DNA of 64,000 nt, from NCBI GenBank assembly GCA_043823065.1, contig JBDRBB010000006.1, forward strand, positions 32,001 to 96,000, read 5' to 3'. Below the pieces are notes generated by a model that worked only from the letters and a program-made list of their open reading frames with translations, had not been told where the DNA came from and did no database searches. The translations under genes and the position numbers were made by a program. Shown here piece after piece: positions 30,156 to 39,946 of this stretch. How positions within the stretch are numbered: position 1 is the first letter of the stretch; each line of letters starts with the position of its first letter. The stretch is from Pseudomonadota bacterium (lineage in GTDB: Bacteria; UBA10199; 2-02-FULL-44-16; DYJF01).

Positions 30156-30197
30156 GTTCTAATATCCAAGTTTAGATCAAAGAAAGGTAGGAAGAGT

Positions 30198-30401
30198 ATG
30201 GCAAAAGGTACAGTAAAGTGGTTTAGTGATTCTAAGGGCTATGGTTTTATTGCTCCTGAAAACGGCGGAGATGATATTTTCGTCCATTTTCAAGCAATTC
30301 AATCTGAAGGTTTCAAAAGCCTAAAAGAAGGTCAAGTCGTGGAATTCGAGGTCACTGAAGGACCAAAGGGCAAACAAGCTGCTAACGTTAAATGCTCCTA
30401 A
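30198..30401 (+). CDS. Cold-shock protein (CspA family)
   Basis: GTVKWF..KGYGFI, DIFVHF, GPKG.QA.NV. Confidence 0.96.
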   Translation: MAKGTVKWFSDSKGYGFIAPENGGDDIFVHFQAIQSEGFKSLKEGQVVEFEVTEGPKGKQAANVKCS

Positions 30402-30419
30402 CTTGTAACCAAAAAAAAC

Positions 30420-30457
30420 AAAAAAGGTTAAGTCTAGAAATAGACTTAACCTTTTTT
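30420..30457 (+). terminator. Intrinsic terminator after csp
   Basis: AAAAAAGGTTAAGTCTA-GAAA-TAGACTTAACCTTTTTT. Confidence 0.85.
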
Positions 30458-30512
30458 ATTGTTAAAGTGCTTAATCTATCTTAGAAATATTATTAGTAAT
30501 AATAAAATCTTT

Positions 30513-30980
30513 ATGAATGCTAAAAAGATTTGTCATCTACTGGAAACAATGCGCTGGTTGGGCGTGGGCTTAGGTTTTGGCTTGGCCTTGGCTTGGGGAA
30601 AAGATCCACAGCATCAACTACACATTCTCATGCCCTGGCTGGTCATTTCTTTGGCAGGGCTAACTGGAATTGAATCTGTTTTTTTTAGCCAAGCTGCTGC
30701 CCAGATTACTGGATATACTCCCAGCGCTTATCAGCGCCAATCTGGGATTAACAATGTAGCAGTAGCCCTTACTGCTGTGTTGGTATTAATTTTAAACTGG
30801 GGAGTTTTTGCCGAAGCAACTGTTCTTAGCGCTTTATTAATCTTTTTATTTTTCTCTGCCTGTAATCACGGCTGGTCAGCCTGGAAAGAAGGGAACCGCA
30901 ATCTTAGAAATATCCTTAGACCAATAATGACCATTATCTTAATTGCCGCCAGCGTGCCGTTTATAATAAGAGCAATCTAG
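30513..30980 (+). CDS. Multi-pass membrane hypothetical protein
   Basis: About 5 hydrophobic segments; start chosen at MNAKK. Confidence 0.65.
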   Translation: MNAKKICHLLETMRWLGVGLGFGLALAWGKDPQHQLHILMPWLVISLAGLTGIESVFFSQAAAQITGYTPSAYQRQSGINNVAVALTAVLVLILNWGVFAEATVLSALLIFLFFSACNHGWSAWKEGNRNLRNILRPIMTIILIAASVPFIIRAI

Positions 30981-30989
30981 GTTATCATA

Positions 30990-31113
30990 TATCTTGAGCT
31001 AAATGCTTTCGGCCAGGTCTTCTCACCTCCCTCAGACTTTTTCGAAACTATTAGTAGCTTGGGAGTTGTCGGTCCGGATTCGAAGACCTGCCCTACGCCT
31101 TTAGCTCAAGATA
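30990..31113 (-). repeat. ~120-nt structured repeat, copy C
   Basis: Terminal stem TATCTTGAGCTAAA/TTTAGCTCAAGATA; inner stem CAGGTCTTC/GAAGACCTG replaces CGACTTTT/AAAAGTCG. Confidence 0.85.
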
Positions 31114-31159
31114 ACCTATTGTTGCCTAATATTAAGAAATCTAATAGGGTGCTATTATC

Positions 31160-31360
31160 ATGAATAATACAAATTCTTGGGACAAGGCTAAAAAATATGG
31201 CGTGGATACATCACTTTTGGAAGTAAATTTAAAAAAATCGCCCACCGAAAGAGTGATTACCCTGCAAAATGCCGTAGCTTTAGCCAACTCTTTGCAACAA
31301 GCAGGGTCAGCTTATTATGCAAAACTTCGAAAAACTCATAAAAAAACTTCTAGATCATAA
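31160..31360 (+). CDS. Small hypothetical partner of the nucleotidyltransferase
   Basis: GVD.SLL..NL.KSP.ER motif; overlaps the downstream gene. Confidence 0.6.
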   Translation: MNNTNSWDKAKKYGVDTSLLEVNLKKSPTERVITLQNAVALANSLQQAGSAYYAKLRKTHKKTSRS

Positions 31361-31790
31361 GGTTGAATTTGTACTTATTGGTGGTTTTGCCGCTACTGTT
31401 CATGGAGTATCTCTTTTAACCCAAGATATTGATATTTGCATTCCATTCACCAAGGAAAACTTGGAAAAAATTATCTCAGCTCTCCAAGATAGCAATCCAA
31501 TTTATCGCGAAAACAAAATCCCTCTATCAAATTCAGCTGAGAAATTATCTAAATTGAAGAATTTATATTTAACTACTGATTTTGGATCTCTTGACCTTTT
31601 AGAACAAGTTGCTGGTCTTGGTCCATATCAAAACCTTTTACCTCAAATTATTGAAATTGAGCTTTTTGATCACAAATGCAAAGTGCTGAATATTGATGCC
31701 TTGATAAAAGCCAAACAACAAATGAATAGACCTAAGGACAAAGAAACTATTGTTCAATTAGAAGCTATTAAAGACAAGCTTACTTCATAG
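31317..31790 (+). CDS. Nucleotidyltransferase-fold protein
   Basis: IGGFA...HG....TQDIDI; LI.AK...RPKD. Confidence 0.8.
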   Translation: MQNFEKLIKKLLDHKVEFVLIGGFAATVHGVSLLTQDIDICIPFTKENLEKIISALQDSNPIYRENKIPLSNSAEKLSKLKNLYLTTDFGSLDLLEQVAGLGPYQNLLPQIIEIELFDHKCKVLNIDALIKAKQQMNRPKDKETIVQLEAIKDKLTS

Positions 31791-31799
31791 GAGCCTATT

Positions 31800-32036
31800 A
31801 TGATCGAAAAAGTAAACATCATTTATGAAGATAAAAGTTGCATTGCTTATGACTGTGACACATCTACCTTTATCCGTCTTAAGCAAGGTGGAACAGCATC
31901 AGATCACACCCATGTAGAATTTATACTTAATGACACTACTCGCGAAGTTAATGCACCAGCTAAAATAACGATACCACCTAAAGCATATCATAAATTTACC
32001 GCTCTAACAGATGTTGTGGGCCTAGAAATACGCTAA
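31800..32036 (+). CDS. Small cupin-like protein
   Basis: H.H.E and IP...YH.F.A cupin-type motifs; AGGAG RBS. Confidence 0.5.
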   Translation: MIEKVNIIYEDKSCIAYDCDTSTFIRLKQGGTASDHTHVEFILNDTTREVNAPAKITIPPKAYHKFTALTDVVGLEIR

Positions 32037-32055
32037 AATGAGTAAGTGATCTGTA

Positions 32056-32175
32056 GTGATTGCTGGAGGATTTGGGTGGACTGTTGAGCGGCGAGCGAAG
32101 AACGCTTCCAAAATTTCTGGCGCATGAAGAACTTTTGGATTTAGCGAAACACCTACCCAAGCCCTCCAGTATCAC
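32056..32175 (+). repeat. ~120-nt long intergenic hairpin
   Basis: GTGATTGCTGGAGGATTTGGGTGG pairs with CTACCCAAGCCCTCCAGTATCAC; inner TCCAAAA/TTTTGGA stem. Confidence 0.6.
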
Positions 32176-32246
32176 CATACTATCAAAATAATAATTATTG
32201 GAATCTATTTTAAATCGTGTTTAGACCTAGTTATAGGAGATTAATT

Positions 32247-32699
32247 ATGAAAGGGACAATTCAGGCCTATAAATTGAAATTTGGCACAGTGTGGATAGCA
32301 AAAACAATCAAAGGAATTTGTAAAATTGATTTGAGTGGAAAGAAAAACACATTCTTGCAGAACTTGCCAAAAAATATTGAGTGGACAGAAAAGAAAATAG
32401 ATCGTTCTGGAAAATTGCCGCGTGGAAAATTAGATTTAGCAGCAGGCACCCTATTTCAACAAAAAGTGTGGCGCGCAATTGCTAAAATTCCTAAAGGGCA
32501 AACCAGGAGTTATGCCTGGCTGGCAAAAACTGCAGGCAGACCAAAAGCAGTGCGCGCAGCAGCCAATGTCTGCGGCGCTAATCCAATACCTTTGCTTATT
32601 CCTTGTCATAGAGTGATTAGAAGTGATGGTACAATTGGCGGGTTTTCCGGACCTTTAAGACTTAAGAAGCTTTTGCTTCAAGAGGAAGCAGACAAATGA
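32247..32699 (+). CDS. ogt: Methylated-DNA-protein-cysteine methyltransferase
   Basis: GT.FQ..VW, IP.G..RSY, AVRA, IPCHRV. Confidence 0.93.
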   Translation: MKGTIQAYKLKFGTVWIAKTIKGICKIDLSGKKNTFLQNLPKNIEWTEKKIDRSGKLPRGKLDLAAGTLFQQKVWRAIAKIPKGQTRSYAWLAKTAGRPKAVRAAANVCGANPIPLLIPCHRVIRSDGTIGGFSGPLRLKKLLLQEEADK

Positions 32700-35600
32700 A
32701 ATTTTTCTTTTCTACAGGCCAATTTTCTAAAATATATTTAGCGCGTAAGCTCTGCGTAGCCTTAACATAATCCTCAAGAATCTGTTTAAGTTCATCTTCA
32801 TAACTACAATCAGAAATTTTCACTAAGCTAAATTTTCGGTTAGCATCTGGATTATATATGTAAAGTTTTCCGCCAGTCATCCCTGAGCCAAGACAAGACC
32901 CGCATTTTCCCAAAACTACACCTACTCCGCCAGTCATATATTCAAAAGCATATTTACCCACGCCTTCGCATACTAAAGTTGCTCCAGAATTGCGCACGCC
33001 AAAACGCTGGCCTGCTGACCCAGCTACATATAATTTTCCACCAGTTGCGCCATAAGCTGCAGCATTACCAATTAAATGCGGTGTCTGATTGGTTTTTCGT
33101 TCAGCAGGCGGCATAATTGTGATTTGGGCTGAGCCGCTCATAATTTCGCCAACTGCATCATTAGCATACCCAGCAAGTTTTAATTTCATACCACTTGTGG
33201 CAGCAAAACCAAACCCTTGACCAGCATAACCTTGGACATTGATTTCAAATTCTTTATCTTTCAAAATATTTTTTTCTGCAATTTCTTTGGCCAAGCTTGC
33301 GCCAAATGCTTGATCATTATTATTCAAGATAAATGAGATATTTGTTTGCCCATTTTGGGCTGCTTCTAATATTTTTTTATTTTTTTCAGAAACATTGTTC
33401 TTGTTGGAAGTTTTTTTGATCACTGCTTCTGATTTTCCCTCTTGCATATCCTGCAACAGATCAATTAACTCTAAACTGTCCCAACGCGGATGATTACCAA
33501 CAATTTGCTGCAAAAGATCTACTCTGCCAACCAGCTCACTGGGATGAGAAAATCCAAGCTCGGCCAAGATAGCTCTAAAATGTCCACCCAAGCATTCTAG
33601 ATAGTTAATTACCCCTTTTTTTGCTTGTAAATAACGTTCTTCTAGAGTCGCTTCTGGTTGACCAATATCCATGCCAGCCCGACGCATAAAAAAACTGTTG
33701 TGAATCTTTTCATCATGAGTGGCTATACCCACCGGGCATTTACCCTTAGTGCAACCTCGGCAGAAAATACAGTTTTCGGCAATTAATAAAGGCGTACCCA
33801 CGGTTACTTCATCTGCTCCCAGGGCAATAATTTTGGCCATATCCACGCCATATTTAATTCCACCGTCCGCACGCAGACGAACGTGCGAGCGCAGGTCATT
33901 AACCACCAAATATTGATGAACTTCGCTAATTCCTCGTTCCAAAGGCAAGCCAGCATGAAAAATACTTCCGCGTCTGGCTGCGCCTGTCCCGCCAGTGAAG
34001 CAACTAATGGTAATGATATCAGCGCCAGCTTTAACAATACCTACGGCTATGGTGCCTAACCTGGTAATGGAAGGAACTTTTACCCCAATAATAGCTTTAG
34101 GATTAAACTCCCTTAAATTTCTGATTAATTGGGCAAGATCTTCAATGCTATAGATATCGTGATGCGGGGGTGGACTAATTAGATCCACTCCTTCTTGAGT
34201 TTTACGAATGTGCGCAATTTCAGCAGTTACTTTTTTACCAGGCAGGTGACCACCCTCTCCTGGCTTAGCACCTTGCCCAATTTTTATTTCTATTTCTTCA
34301 GCATTAGCCAGATAAGCTGCATCCACCCCAAACCTGCCAGATGCGATTTGACGAGTCTTGCTTCTAGATTTTTCCCACTGTCCACCAATATTTCGGCGTG
34401 AATCTTCACCACCTTCACCAGAATTATAACAGGAATCAAAATGATTAAAAGCAGCAGCAATGGCTCGATGAGCTGTTCCATTGAGCGCACCATGCGACAT
34501 GGCGGCTCCGCGAATAGTTGTTTTAATTATTTCTGCTGCAGTAACAACTTGATCAAGGTTAATAGGCTTAGTTTTTTGAGGATTAAATTCCAGCATATCC
34601 CTTAAATAAACAGGTGGGGTGTCTTTAAGCAGCTGACAAAAACGATCATAATCTCCATTTGTATTTCCATATCTCGCTACCAGCTGCAAACTATCCACTA
34701 CTTCTTTTCTATAAACTGAAATATTTTGATTTTGACTAAGATCCTCTTTTTCTATTTGGCGCGAAATAATATCCTGATAAATATGATCTGTATTTAAACC
34801 ACCCAGACGAGAAACAGTATCTGGGATATAATATTCAACAACATCAGACGAAATACCAATTGCCTCAAAAAGAGCTGAACCACGATAACTAGCAAAAGTG
34901 GTTATGCCCATTTTGGACATAATGCTTTTCAAAGTATGGATTAGAGCCTGGATTGTACTTGCCACAGCTTGTTTTGCCTCAAATTCTGAAAAATTTCTTA
35001 CCAAATCAAAAATAGCATAGGGATTAACCGCAGTGGCACCATAAGCCAATAATATTGCTAAATCATGGCCCTCCTGAACTTCACCAGATGAAACAACAAT
35101 ACTAGCATCACGCCTCAAACCATTATCTGCCAGAGCCCGGTGGATAGCACTGACTGCAAGCAACATAGGCAAAGGCAAACATCCGCCCTTGGTTGCTTCA
35201 TAATCAGAAAGCACCAAGATGGAAGCTTTTTTGGCCTTAATAATCTTTACGGCTTCTTCAGTTAAATCATGAATGCGGCGCACAATTTCCCGCGCTTTCC
35301 CTTTATCCACAAAAGTAGCATCTAACTTATAAGTCTGCAAATCTGGCTCAGCTGCAGCCAACAAAGCATCTAATTGTTCATTGGTTAAAATTGGATATTC
35401 CAATTCATATTGAGGCCAAGACTTATAAGTGCTTTTTCTGCTGATGATGGGCGAGCGTCCCAAATAAACTGTCATGTCCATGGCTCCACCTTCTCGAATT
35501 GGATCAATAGGCGGATTGGTAACTACGGCAACGATCTGATGCAAATAACTATATAGTCTGGAATGGTTTTCACTAAAAATAGCTAAAGGACGATCATTGC

Positions 35601-37020
35601 CCATACTCATAATCGGTTCTTTAGTATTTTTGATCATGTCTTTAAGATTATTTACCCTCTCTTTTGTCCAACCAAAAGCATTTAATGCTTTTATCGGTAA
35701 GGGACCATGGGCTTGCCCGTTGGCCAACGATGCCAGATCAAGAGTAGAAAGATTTTGAAAATTCAAACCAGTGCGCTGAATAATCCATTGATTCGCTTCT
35801 TCTGGCAAAACAAATGAAGCGGTTTTTAGATCTGCAATAATCATCTGTCCTGGTTCCAATTGACCGTCACTGACTATGTCTGCATCAGAAACTGGAATAG
35901 TACCCATTTCGCTGGCAATAATTACCCGACCTGAATGGGTCTTAACATACCTCAATGGCCTAAGTCCCATGCGATCTAAAATGGCAAACACAATTTGTCC
36001 ATCAGAGCCAACCAAAGCCATTGGCCCTTCCCAGGCTCCAATGGTGCCCAAGGCCCGGCGATTAGCCTCAAAAAATCGATATTCTTGCTCGCTAACCTGT
36101 TCTTCAATCCAAGGTGGAGGCACCATGCGGCGCACAGCTTCATGAATTCCAGTCATGCCATAAGCAGCTAGCATTTCTGCCACTCTATCAAACTGGGCAG
36201 AATCACTACCATGATCCATTAGCGTGTTTCTTAAATTAATGGCGCTTTCTGCATCTCGCACTGCGCGGCAATTAGCGGTGATAGTATTTATTTCTCCATT
36301 ATGTGCTATGTGGCGGAAAGGCTGAACCAAATTCCAATTACAAAATGTGTTGGTTGAAAAACGGCGATGAGCAATAACTATTTTTGTTTTAAATTCAGGA
36401 TTTTTTAAATCTAAATAAAAATCTTTAAGTTGGTTGGCTGTGGCCAGCGCCTTGTAAACCGTGGTATAAGGAGCTAGAGAAATTACCGACGCCAGCCTGG
36501 AAAGCTTGTCTTCTATAGCAACTTTAATTTGATGAAGAACCTCAAAAAGCTGAGTTTCTCGGCGATGTCCCTTGCCTACCAGGATTTGATAAATAAGCGG
36601 CAAATCTTCTTGAGCGCGTCTGCCCAAAACTGTTTCATCAATCGGAATTTTGCGCCAGCCCAAAGGTGCCAAACCTTCGCGACGTAAAATCAAATCAACT
36701 TCGCGTTGCAGTTCGCGAAGATTGCGTTCGCCGCGCAAGAAAAAAATCTGGCCGACAATAAGCGGCTCTTTAACACTAGGTAAATGCCGGCCAGGGCTGA
36801 TAAAGCGTTCAAAAAAACTTCTTTCCGGCCGTAGCAAAATACCAGCGCCGTCGCCAGTATTATTAATTTGGCCACCACGATGCTCCATGCTGACCAAACC
36901 TTGAAGAGCTTGCAGTAATAGCTCATGGGATGGGCCAGCACAAAGCTCGGCCATAGCTAAAATCCCGCAACCACCGCAACCAGGATTAGAAATAATTTCT
37001 TGAAGTTGCTTTGCTCTCAT
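32662..37020 (-). CDS. gltB: Glutamate synthase large subunit
   Basis: Ntn Cys (CGI), HRG, RFSTNT, HNGEINT, NSGEGGE, QGAKPGEGG.LP, PPPHHDIYSIEDLAQL, GXGXG C-terminal domain. Confidence 0.93.
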   Translation of the reverse strand: MRAKQLQEIISNPGCGGCGILAMAELCAGPSHELLLQALQGLVSMEHRGGQINNTGDGAGILLRPERSFFERFISPGRHLPSVKEPLIVGQIFFLRGERNLRELQREVDLILRREGLAPLGWRKIPIDETVLGRRAQEDLPLIYQILVGKGHRRETQLFEVLHQIKVAIEDKLSRLASVISLAPYTTVYKALATANQLKDFYLDLKNPEFKTKIVIAHRRFSTNTFCNWNLVQPFRHIAHNGEINTITANCRAVRDAESAINLRNTLMDHGSDSAQFDRVAEMLAAYGMTGIHEAVRRMVPPPWIEEQVSEQEYRFFEANRRALGTIGAWEGPMALVGSDGQIVFAILDRMGLRPLRYVKTHSGRVIIASEMGTIPVSDADIVSDGQLEPGQMIIADLKTASFVLPEEANQWIIQRTGLNFQNLSTLDLASLANGQAHGPLPIKALNAFGWTKERVNNLKDMIKNTKEPIMSMGNDRPLAIFSENHSRLYSYLHQIVAVVTNPPIDPIREGGAMDMTVYLGRSPIISRKSTYKSWPQYELEYPILTNEQLDALLAAAEPDLQTYKLDATFVDKGKAREIVRRIHDLTEEAVKIIKAKKASILVLSDYEATKGGCLPLPMLLAVSAIHRALADNGLRRDASIVVSSGEVQEGHDLAILLAYGATAVNPYAIFDLVRNFSEFEAKQAVASTIQALIHTLKSIMSKMGITTFASYRGSALFEAIGISSDVVEYYIPDTVSRLGGLNTDHIYQDIISRQIEKEDLSQNQNISVYRKEVVDSLQLVARYGNTNGDYDRFCQLLKDTPPVYLRDMLEFNPQKTKPINLDQVVTAAEIIKTTIRGAAMSHGALNGTAHRAIAAAFNHFDSCYNSGEGGEDSRRNIGGQWEKSRSKTRQIASGRFGVDAAYLANAEEIEIKIGQGAKPGEGGHLPGKKVTAEIAHIRKTQEGVDLISPPPHHDIYSIEDLAQLIRNLREFNPKAIIGVKVPSITRLGTIAVGIVKAGADIITISCFTGGTGAARRGSIFHAGLPLERGISEVHQYLVVNDLRSHVRLRADGGIKYGVDMAKIIALGADEVTVGTPLLIAENCIFCRGCTKGKCPVGIATHDEKIHNSFFMRRAGMDIGQPEATLEERYLQAKKGVINYLECLGGHFRAILAELGFSHPSELVGRVDLLQQIVGNHPRWDSLELIDLLQDMQEGKSEAVIKKTSNKNNVSEKNKKILEAAQNGQTNISFILNNNDQAFGASLAKEIAEKNILKDKEFEINVQGYAGQGFGFAATSGMKLKLAGYANDAVGEIMSGSAQITIMPPAERKTNQTPHLIGNAAAYGATGGKLYVAGSAGQRFGVRNSGATLVCEGVGKYAFEYMTGGVGVVLGKCGSCLGSGMTGGKLYIYNPDANRKFSLVKISDCSYEDELKQILEDYVKATQSLRAKYILENWPVEKKNFICLLPLEAKAS

Positions 37021-37991
37021 CTTGTAGCAATCATTTTTTTGATTGTTGTCCAGGTTTGTTTATCCATTTTGGCTCCAATGGTTTCAATTACTTTTCCAGA
37101 AAGAATAGAGCCAATGCGGCCACATTCACTTAAGGGTTTTTTGCAGATCAGACCATAAAGAAAACCGGCTGCATATAGATCTCCAGCTCCAGTAGTATCT
37201 ACACAATTAGCTGGAATAATTTCTACTTTATATTTTTGACAACCTTGTTTAATTAAAGATCCATTTTTGCCAATTTTAACCACTGCAATATCGCAAAGTT
37301 TGGCCAAAGTATCTAATGCTGCTTCTTCATCTTGCCCGGTAAAAGCTTTAGCTTCTGCTTCATTAGCAAAAACTATATCAATATGTTCTTTTACCAAAGC
37401 TTGTAAAAATTCCAAGTTTTCTTCCACAATATTGTAACTAGCCAAATCAAGCGACACAGTTAAACCATTTTGTTTAGCCAAGCTGGCTGCTGTTTTAATT
37501 AAAGAGTGGTTTTGAACTAAATAACCTTCAATATGAAAATAGCTGTAATTAGCAAACAACTCGTTTGTTAAATCTTCAGCACAAAGCTCCATAGCAGCAC
37601 CCAGGTGAGTAGCAAAGGTTCTTTCAGTGTCTGGCGTAATTAAGGTCATAGCTACGCCTGACCTAGCCTTTCCCTTAAACAATTTTGGCTCAATTTTATT
37701 TAATTTTAAATCTTGATGAAAAAAATCGCCAAACTCATCTGCGCAAACTTTACCCAAAAAACCAGTTTCAATCCCCAAGTTAGCTAAACCATGAATAGCA
37801 TTAGCTGCTGAACCACCAGAAAACTGATATCTGGTAAAAGTTGCAGTGTGTCTTAAAATATTTTCTACAAAATCTTCTGCCACCAATTGCATGCTTCCTT
37901 TGGGCAGAGAAAATCTATACAACAATTCATCGTGCTCTAGCTGCACTAGAACATCAACCAAGGCATTGCCGATTCCTAAAACTCTGCTCAT
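37017..37991 (-). CDS. PfkB-family nucleoside (adenosine-like) kinase
   Basis: GNALVD, GGSAAN, FANE.E, DTTGAGD. Confidence 0.88.
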   Translation of the reverse strand: MSRVLGIGNALVDVLVQLEHDELLYRFSLPKGSMQLVAEDFVENILRHTATFTRYQFSGGSAANAIHGLANLGIETGFLGKVCADEFGDFFHQDLKLNKIEPKLFKGKARSGVAMTLITPDTERTFATHLGAAMELCAEDLTNELFANYSYFHIEGYLVQNHSLIKTAASLAKQNGLTVSLDLASYNIVEENLEFLQALVKEHIDIVFANEAEAKAFTGQDEEAALDTLAKLCDIAVVKIGKNGSLIKQGCQKYKVEIIPANCVDTTGAGDLYAAGFLYGLICKKPLSECGRIGSILSGKVIETIGAKMDKQTWTTIKKMIATR

Positions 37992-38608
37992 ACTTCTTTC
38001 CTTTTTACATTTTTTGATACTGGAATAGCTGGACAATTATTTTCCAAAATTAATTCAGGATCAAAACAAGCACGGCAACGTGCTTCATAACATTCACCTG
38101 AACCAACAATCACCTGATCTTTATCTTTACTTAAACGCTGAGTCTTGGTTCCTTGTCCTCCGCAAGTCATACAAACTGCCTTTAACTTAAGAATTGATTC
38201 AGCAATCGCTAAAAGTTTGGGCATGGGCCCAAATGGTTCACCTTTGTAATCTTGATCTAGCCCGCCAATAACTACTCTAATTCCGCGATTAGCTAACTTG
38301 TTACAAACCTCTACCAACTCTTGACTGAAAAATTGCGCTTCATCAATACCTACCACTCGAGTGGTGTCATCTATATTGTGAAAAATTTCCCAAGCATCTT
38401 TAACAGGAGTGCAAATAAATTTCTGTTCGCTATGTGAAGTTATAAATTGGTCATCATAACGATCATCAATTGCTGGCTTAAAAATTTGTACGCGCTGCTT
38501 GGCAATTTGAGCTAAGCGCAAACGCCTGATGAGTTCCTCAGTTTTGCCAGAAAACATTGGCCCACAGATAACTTCAATCCAACCTGAATAACGACCTTGA
38601 TGCATCAT
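37988..38608 (-). CDS. tdk: Thymidine kinase
   Basis: GPMFSGKTEELIRR, IDEAQF, C..C, YEARCR.C. Confidence 0.95.
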   Translation of the reverse strand: MMHQGRYSGWIEVICGPMFSGKTEELIRRLRLAQIAKQRVQIFKPAIDDRYDDQFITSHSEQKFICTPVKDAWEIFHNIDDTTRVVGIDEAQFFSQELVEVCNKLANRGIRVVIGGLDQDYKGEPFGPMPKLLAIAESILKLKAVCMTCGGQGTKTQRLSKDKDQVIVGSGECYEARCRACFDPELILENNCPAIPVSKNVKRKEV

Positions 38609-38625
38609 AAAAACCTCGTATGCTC

Positions 38626-39939
38626 TTAACCAATTAGTAACCCAGCTATAGTTGCGGTCAGACAAGAAACAATTGCGCCACCTAACATTGCCTTAAAAGC
38701 AAGCCTGGCTAGATCTGATCTTCGATCAGGCGCCAATGAACTTAAGCCGCCAATTTGAATACCAATAGAAGCAAAATTGGCAAAACCGCAAAGCATATAA
38801 GTGGCCATGATTGCTGCTTTGGGAGACAGGCTTCCTTGTTGGATCATAGGCGCTAATTTGGAATAAGCCACAAATTCATTTAAGGTGAGTTTCAAACCCA
38901 ACAAATGGCCAACAGTAAAAGCATCTGTTGCAGGCACGCCCATTAAATAGGCCAAAGGACCAAACACACTGCCCATGATTGTTTTAAGACTGCCTGGAAA
39001 CCAACCAGCAAACTCGCCGCCTTCTTGCATTAAACCGTGCAGGAGCATGCCGTCTATATATCTGTCTCCTAAGCATAATAGTTTATCCACCAAAACGACA
39101 AGCGTAATAAAAGCCACTAGCATTGCTCCTACATTTAAGGCTAAATACAAACCATCGTGCACTCCGCGCGATGCTGCATCTAAAATATTTCTTCCTGAAT
39201 CTAGCTTGGGCAGCTTAATATTACCCATGGTTTCAGATTGTTCTGTTTCAGGAAAAATCATTTTAGCTACCATGAGCGAAGTTGGAGCAGCCATAGAAGA
39301 GGCAATAATAATATGTTCCGGCGAAATTCCCATCTGCATATATCCGGCCATAATCGAGCCAGCAATTGTGCCAAAACCACCCACCATGATGGCATTTAAT
39401 TCTGAAAGGGTGCACCGGCTTAAAAATGGTCTGACCAAAAGTGGTGCTTCTGTCTGGCCCAAAAAAACATTGGCTGAACAAGAAAGAGATTCAGTTCCAG
39501 AAGTTCCTAAAAGCTTACTCATCACCCAACCAAACACTTCCACCACTTTTTGCATAATACCCAGATAATAAAGAATGGCGGAAAACGAGGCAAAAAAGAT
39601 AATTACCGGCAAGACTATAAAAGCAAATTGAAAACCAAAAGTTCCACCCATTTCAGGCATACCCAACTTACCAAACAAAAACATTGAACCATGTTTACTC
39701 AAAGCCAAGAAAGCAGCTACTTTACCAGCAAACCACTGCATACCAGCATTTCCTGTTGGCCACTTAATCAGCACCAAGGCAATAGCCCATTGCATAGCAA
39801 TTCCCACTAATAAGGTTCTTAAACTAATTCGACGTTTATTATTGGAAAGAAGAAATAAAATGAAGATCAAAAAAAGAAAACCAAATACTCCAATATATTT
39901 TTCAAAAACCGGGTTTTGTAAAAAACTTAGCTGTTCCAT
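38626..39939 (-). CDS. nupC: NupC/CNT nucleoside transporter
   Basis: FAFIVLP.IIF, GQTEAP, K...NEFVAY, CGFAN..SIGI. Confidence 0.92.
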   Translation of the reverse strand: MEQLSFLQNPVFEKYIGVFGFLFLIFILFLLSNNKRRISLRTLLVGIAMQWAIALVLIKWPTGNAGMQWFAGKVAAFLALSKHGSMFLFGKLGMPEMGGTFGFQFAFIVLPVIIFFASFSAILYYLGIMQKVVEVFGWVMSKLLGTSGTESLSCSANVFLGQTEAPLLVRPFLSRCTLSELNAIMVGGFGTIAGSIMAGYMQMGISPEHIIIASSMAAPTSLMVAKMIFPETEQSETMGNIKLPKLDSGRNILDAASRGVHDGLYLALNVGAMLVAFITLVVLVDKLLCLGDRYIDGMLLHGLMQEGGEFAGWFPGSLKTIMGSVFGPLAYLMGVPATDAFTVGHLLGLKLTLNEFVAYSKLAPMIQQGSLSPKAAIMATYMLCGFANFASIGIQIGGLSSLAPDRRSDLARLAFKAMLGGAIVSCLTATIAGLLIG

Positions 39940-39946
39940 TTACCTC

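Noticed and set aside
32662..32699. Convergent 38-bp overlap of ogt and gltB
   Set aside because: Short tail-to-tail overlaps are common in compact genomes
38975..39568. 197-aa plus-strand ORF and similar short antisense ORFs in the track
   Set aside because: Shadow frames of strongly supported genes (here nupC) with no motifs
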